IMG/VR virus record: IMGVR_UViG_3300038673_000984
Location: 1-46,271 of that record
Strand: one strand, 5' to 3'
DNA from: a virus
Taxonomy: Duplodnaviria; Caudoviricetes
Length of the DNA: 46,271 nucleotides
The position numbers and the translations under genes are program-made. Positions 42,601 through 46,271 of the stretch are shown here, in pieces (the stretch's first letter is position 1; every line of letters starts with the position of its first letter). The notes under the pieces were generated by a model, which saw only the letters and a list, made by a program, of their open reading frames with translations, made no database searches and was not told the origin of the DNA.

Positions 42601-43269
42601 ATGGAACTTGAATTAAGAGAAAAAATTAGTTTAGCTCGACGACAAAGAAAATTAACCCAATCAAGGTTAGCTTCATTGATTGGTATAGATATGCAGACTT
42701 ATAGCCGATGGGAGCGGGGTATAATAAAAAAAATCCCATTAGAAGCTATTGTAAAAATTGCTGAAGTTACTGGAAAACCAATCGCATACTTTCTATCTGA
42801 AATCGATGAAACAAAGCTGAAAGTACAAGAATCAACCGCTACATACAACGCCCATCCGATCGATACCGGCGGCTTGTTGCAGATCCCGGTACTCGGGATA
42901 ATTCCCGGTGGAAACATAGATCTTTTTATAGATACCCCTCCCGATTTCCTCACCTTAGATAAAAAGATCCTGGTCAATCAAAACTGTGTAGCCTTCCGGA
43001 TAAGCGGCGACTGTCTCATCGACGCCCGTATTCATGACGGGGATTATGTTCTCGTATCAAAAGATGAAAAGGTAAAGAATGGAGATATTGCGGTAGTCCG
43101 GATCGATAATGAAATAACCTGCAAGATCGTATCCTTGCTGGAAGACGGCCAATTACTGCTGGAATCAGCCAATAAAGCCAACCCATGGAAACGTGTAATT
43201 GACCCCAAAAAGAACTCAATCCGGATAATCGGCCTGGTAACTCAGGCTATAATGCAGTTTAAAAAGTAA
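42601..43269 (+). CDS. CI-like repressor (XRE HTH plus S24 peptidase domain)
   Basis: ARRQRKLTQSRLA..YSRWERG HTH; IPVLG, SGDCL, DGD, TCK. Confidence 0.92.
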   Translation: MELELREKISLARRQRKLTQSRLASLIGIDMQTYSRWERGIIKKIPLEAIVKIAEVTGKPIAYFLSEIDETKLKVQESTATYNAHPIDTGGLLQIPVLGIIPGGNIDLFIDTPPDFLTLDKKILVNQNCVAFRISGDCLIDARIHDGDYVLVSKDEKVKNGDIAVVRIDNEITCKIVSLLEDGQLLLESANKANPWKRVIDPKKNSIRIIGLVTQAIMQFKK

Positions 43270-43490
43270 AAAAGGCTAAAAACGGGCAAATTGTGCGAAA
43301 AATGATAGTTGCAAGGCGAATATGTAGTATAAATAATATGTGAATACCACCCCTGTTCCCTCATCCAAAGATAAAAAACACATATCAGTAGATCTAAAAT
43401 GTTATTTCGATAAACTCCTTGCCGACTATCATGTACCGCCGGGAGCGACAAAAAAGCTTCAAGAATATCAAAACCTTGAACTCCTCCACT

Positions 43491-43991
43491 ATGTCCACAG
43501 ACAAACCAAAAGATAACTTCCCATATAAAATGTACACAATACTGATAGTAGACGACACTAAGACAGACCTCGAGCTTATCTCCGGCATTCTGAAAAGCGA
43601 TTTTAATTGTATTGTCGCAATGGATCCAAAAGAAGCGATCGATATCGTGCAAAAAGAAAAGATCGATCTTATCATCCTGGACCAGATGCTTCCGGGAATG
43701 ACCGGCATTCACTTGCAGGAGAAACTATTGGAGATCAATTCCAATCTGCGGTTTATTATGATCACCTCCCTCGAATCTGTCCAGCTGGCCGTTAAAGCCA
43801 TAAAGAACGGCGCGATCGATTACCTCATCAAGCCGATCGAACCCTATATTCTTATTCACACCATCGAAACCGTCTTAAAACATATATACGTTATGGAAGA
43901 AAAGATCAGACTGGAAAAGCAAAATCAAAACGCGGTCGCGGAGCTGCAGAAGTATAAGAATTTATTCGGAGATCTGCCAAAAGGAGAATAA
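43491..43991 (+). CDS. Stand-alone response regulator receiver with coiled-coil tail
   Basis: ILIVDD, LDQMLPGMTG, MITS, GAIDYLIKP; start may be 43530. Confidence 0.9.
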   Translation: MSTDKPKDNFPYKMYTILIVDDTKTDLELISGILKSDFNCIVAMDPKEAIDIVQKEKIDLIILDQMLPGMTGIHLQEKLLEINSNLRFIMITSLESVQLAVKAIKNGAIDYLIKPIEPYILIHTIETVLKHIYVMEEKIRLEKQNQNAVAELQKYKNLFGDLPKGE

Positions 43992-43993
43992 CA

Positions 43994-44143
43994 ATGGCGT
44001 TAAAAATTAGAAATGAAGGATCAGATAGGTTTTTTTATATATTATTCTGCATTTTTTCTCTAGGATTCAGCTGGTGGATGAGAGTTATTATTTCCGAAGC
44101 AATACGACAAGCGTTAACCAATTCAAATGAAACCGACAAATAG
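43994..44143 (+). CDS. 49-aa membrane peptide (absent from ORF track)
   Basis: AAGGAG RBS; MALKIRNEGSDRFFYILFCIFSLGFSWWMRVIISEAIRQALTNSNETDK. Confidence 0.6.
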   Translation: MALKIRNEGSDRFFYILFCIFSLGFSWWMRVIISEAIRQALTNSNETDK

Positions 44144-44153
44144 GATGGTTACT

Positions 44154-44294
44154 ATGGCAAAACGCAATGAAAAAACCTCTTCAAAGGTGGCATCTATTGC
44201 CAGTAAAGTTCTACGGGGCGGAAACGCGACGAAAAAAGAATTAAAATCAATGGCTGCATCTGCTTTGACCCAGGCTCCTAATAAAAAGAAATAA
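44154..44294 (+). CDS. 46-aa basic micro-protein (absent from ORF track)
   Basis: MAKRNEKTSSKVASIASKVLRGGNATKKELKSMAASALTQAPNKKK. Confidence 0.65.
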   Translation: MAKRNEKTSSKVASIASKVLRGGNATKKELKSMAASALTQAPNKKK

Positions 44295-44389
44295 TCATTT
44301 TTTTGAATTATTAATATTACGATTATTACTACTTAATATTTCTCGACGACAAACGCATAAAAAATACTCATTAATTATTATTAAATATG

Positions 44390-44418
44390 TTGACGTTAAC
44401 CATATCACTCATTAAAAT
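44390..44418 (+). promoter_or_regulatory. sigma70 promoter for the NYN (and integrase) genes
   Basis: TTGACG-17-TAAAAT. Confidence 0.75.
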
Positions 44419-44426
44419 TAGACCAT

Positions 44427-44532
44427 GTTGGCTTGAAAATAAGTCAACTAAACGGTATATTTTAAATAAGAATCTATCCGGACGCCCGTAGGCGGGCACC
44501 AAGGGCATCGGCCAGTAAAATGGTCGGTGCCC
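44427..44532 (+). ncRNA. Structured 5' leader / candidate ncRNA upstream of NYN
   Basis: Hairpins at 44427-44448, 44484-44497 and 44503-44532. Confidence 0.55.
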
Positions 44533-44552
44533 AATCTATTTTAGGAGGGTTT

Positions 44553-45200
44553 ATGTGTAAAGTAGCCGTTCTGATTGATGGAGGTTTTCTACAAAGGGTT
44601 TTTACTTCTAAAAGATCTACGCCGACCCAAAAAGCATTTCCCTCTGCTGATGATGTTATAAACATCGCTAAAATGGTAATTCAACCCGGTGAAAAGCTTT
44701 TCCGGTTATATTATTATGACTGTCCCCCTTTTGAGGATACTACTAAAAATCCAATAAGTAACATTACTGTAAATCACGCCAGATCACCTAAATGCAGGGC
44801 AATTAAAATTTTTCAAGAGGAATTAGCCCAAAAAGAACATGTCGCTTTCAGAAAAGGCGACCTACGTTGCTTTGGTTGGAAATTATCTGATATCGCATTG
44901 CAAAGCATTGAACGTGGAACGCATCCAGGAACGATTAATCCAGCCGATTTAATACCAAATTTTCAACAAAAAGGCCTTGATATGAGAATTGGCTTAGATA
45001 TAGCAGTTCTCTCAACTAAAAGGATCGTTGAAAAAATCGCAATAATTACAGCCGATACTGATTTTATTCCAGCAATGAAGTACGCCAGAAAAGAAGGAAC
45101 TATTATTGCAGTTGTCGATATTGGATCGAATTTAAGAAGCGATATGAAACATCATGCTGATGAAATTATTAAGATCGATTTAACCCAATATACACCATAA
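44553..45200 (+). CDS. NYN (LabA/DUF88, PIN-like) ribonuclease
   Basis: VLIDGG, YYYD, QKGLDMRIGLDI and ADTDFIPA motifs; AGGAGG RBS before ATG 44553. Confidence 0.9.
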   Translation: MCKVAVLIDGGFLQRVFTSKRSTPTQKAFPSADDVINIAKMVIQPGEKLFRLYYYDCPPFEDTTKNPISNITVNHARSPKCRAIKIFQEELAQKEHVAFRKGDLRCFGWKLSDIALQSIERGTHPGTINPADLIPNFQQKGLDMRIGLDIAVLSTKRIVEKIAIITADTDFIPAMKYARKEGTIIAVVDIGSNLRSDMKHHADEIIKIDLTQYTP

Positions 45201-46271
45201 ATGAGCTCCATCCGAAAACGCGGTAAATATTACCACTACAAAGCCTATATTAATGGCGTTGAGCACCGGGAATCACTCCACACATCCGATCGCGCCGAAG
45301 CAAAATACTTGCAGTCCATAAAAGACCGTCAACTGCTTTCCAATAACAATCCATTTGCTTACAAGACGACACCCATCACGGCTATCCTTGACACATACCA
45401 AAAAGACCGAATCAACTACCGCTCAACCAGACATTCCCTCGATTCTTTCCGGCGAATAAACGGGTTTTTGAATCACAACAATATTAATTTTTTATCGGAA
45501 ATAACATCGATCTGCCTCACGGAATACATCAATTCAAAGATCACAGCGGAATATAGCCGATATGAAGCAAATAACATCATCAAAGACGTGAAAGCGTTCA
45601 TCAACTGGTGCGTACGGAAAAAGATCATCTTTGAAAGCCCGGTGGCCGATGTTTCTAAATTGCCAATCGAAGAATCCCCGCGGCGAGCTTATGAAGGAGA
45701 TGAATTATTGGAACTTATAGCGGCCGCCAAATCCGGCATGTCAAAAAAACAACGGGAAAAGGCAAAAAAAAGCGACTACAAACCAGAACGGCTCTACCCT
45801 TGCGTTATGACTGCGCTTTATACCGGGCTGCGCAAATCCGAACTTTTCCGGATGAAATGGGCCGACATCGATTTCGATAATGACACGATCATGGTGCCCA
45901 AAACAAAATCTAAAAAATTCAAATTGGTTCCTATTGCACGGGATCTCAAAAAAATCTTATCTCCACTGCGTTCAGATCCAGATAAGAACTGCTTTGATAT
46001 CACCAACTATACCCGGGTATTAAACCGCATCTTCAGAAATGCCGGCATTAAACATGACCGCGGCTGGCACTTCTTCCGACATACCAACGCCACCCACCTC
46101 CTACGCTCAGGAGTTGACATCAAAACAGTTGCCGGGATCCTGGGCCACTCCTCCACAAACATCACCCAAATATACGTCCACACCACAACAGAATCCATGA
46201 AAAGCGCAGTAAACAAGTTAAAATTTAGGCACAATTTAGGCACACAAAAAAAGAAAACCTCCTCGGTATAA
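45201..46271 (+). CDS. int: Tyrosine integrase
   Basis: TGLRKSE, KTK, HFFRH, LGH and QIY catalytic residues; N-terminal arm-binding domain. Confidence 0.95.
   Translation: MSSIRKRGKYYHYKAYINGVEHRESLHTSDRAEAKYLQSIKDRQLLSNNNPFAYKTTPITAILDTYQKDRINYRSTRHSLDSFRRINGFLNHNNINFLSEITSICLTEYINSKITAEYSRYEANNIIKDVKAFINWCVRKKIIFESPVADVSKLPIEESPRRAYEGDELLELIAAAKSGMSKKQREKAKKSDYKPERLYPCVMTALYTGLRKSELFRMKWADIDFDNDTIMVPKTKSKKFKLVPIARDLKKILSPLRSDPDKNCFDITNYTRVLNRIFRNAGIKHDRGWHFFRHTNATHLLRSGVDIKTVAGILGHSSTNITQIYVHTTTESMKSAVNKLKFRHNLGTQKKKTSSV
46224..46244 (+). repeat. Tandem TTTAGGCACA x2, right copy inside the int 3' end
   Basis: Identical to 1761..1781, same orientation. Confidence 0.8.

Larger units (their letters stand above)
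1651..46271. mobile_element. Lambda-like temperate siphophage prophage (right boundary probably just outside the window)
   Basis: Integrase, CI/Cro switch, replication, cos, GpA terminase, portal, S49 protease, capsid, tail tube, TMP and tail tip in lambdoid order; identical 21-bp repeat near both ends. Confidence 0.95.

Noticed and set aside
43309-43339. Promoter TTGCAA..TATAAA upstream of the receiver gene
   Set aside because: Spacing of 13 or 19 bp does not fit; not called
43242-43712. Minus-strand ORFs over the receiver gene
   Set aside because: Shadow frames of a clearly recognisable plus-strand gene
1651-46271. Stop-codon recoding
   Set aside because: Long genes are intact in code 11 and TAA, TAG and TGA all terminate coupled genes; no suppressor tRNA

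Overview
Bases 1-1650 are host chromosome: an inositol-monophosphatase-family gene, a hypothetical gene and tRNA-Arg(CCG). The remaining ~44.6 kb is an apparently near-complete lambda-like temperate siphophage prophage next to that tRNA; its right att core is probably just beyond the window. Almost all phage genes are on the minus strand: excisionase/Cro-like HTH, early and replication genes (Rep with iterons, RusA, ParB), a lambda-type cos site, a ParB-methylase, GpA terminase, head and tail genes. A plus-strand block carries CI, an orphan receiver domain, two micro-proteins, an NYN nuclease and a tyrosine integrase. Most unusual features: (1) three late-operon proteins, including the terminal tail fibre, start with Sec-type signal peptides; (2) a 5.9-kb secreted-protein/lysis-like cassette between terminase and portal is bracketed by two copies of a 144-bp operator + promoter + attenuator unit, one directly behind an Ogr-like Zn-finger gene; (3) an NYN nuclease has a long structured RNA leader; (4) a phage tRNA-Met has an initiator acceptor stem but a non-initiator anticodon arm, beside a second tRNA-like RNA; (5) CI has Cys at the catalytic Ser position; (6) the prophage lies on the 5' side of the intact tRNA. 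All family assignments come from motif recognition by eye; no database search was run. The host may be PVC/Omnitrophota-like (weak inference).
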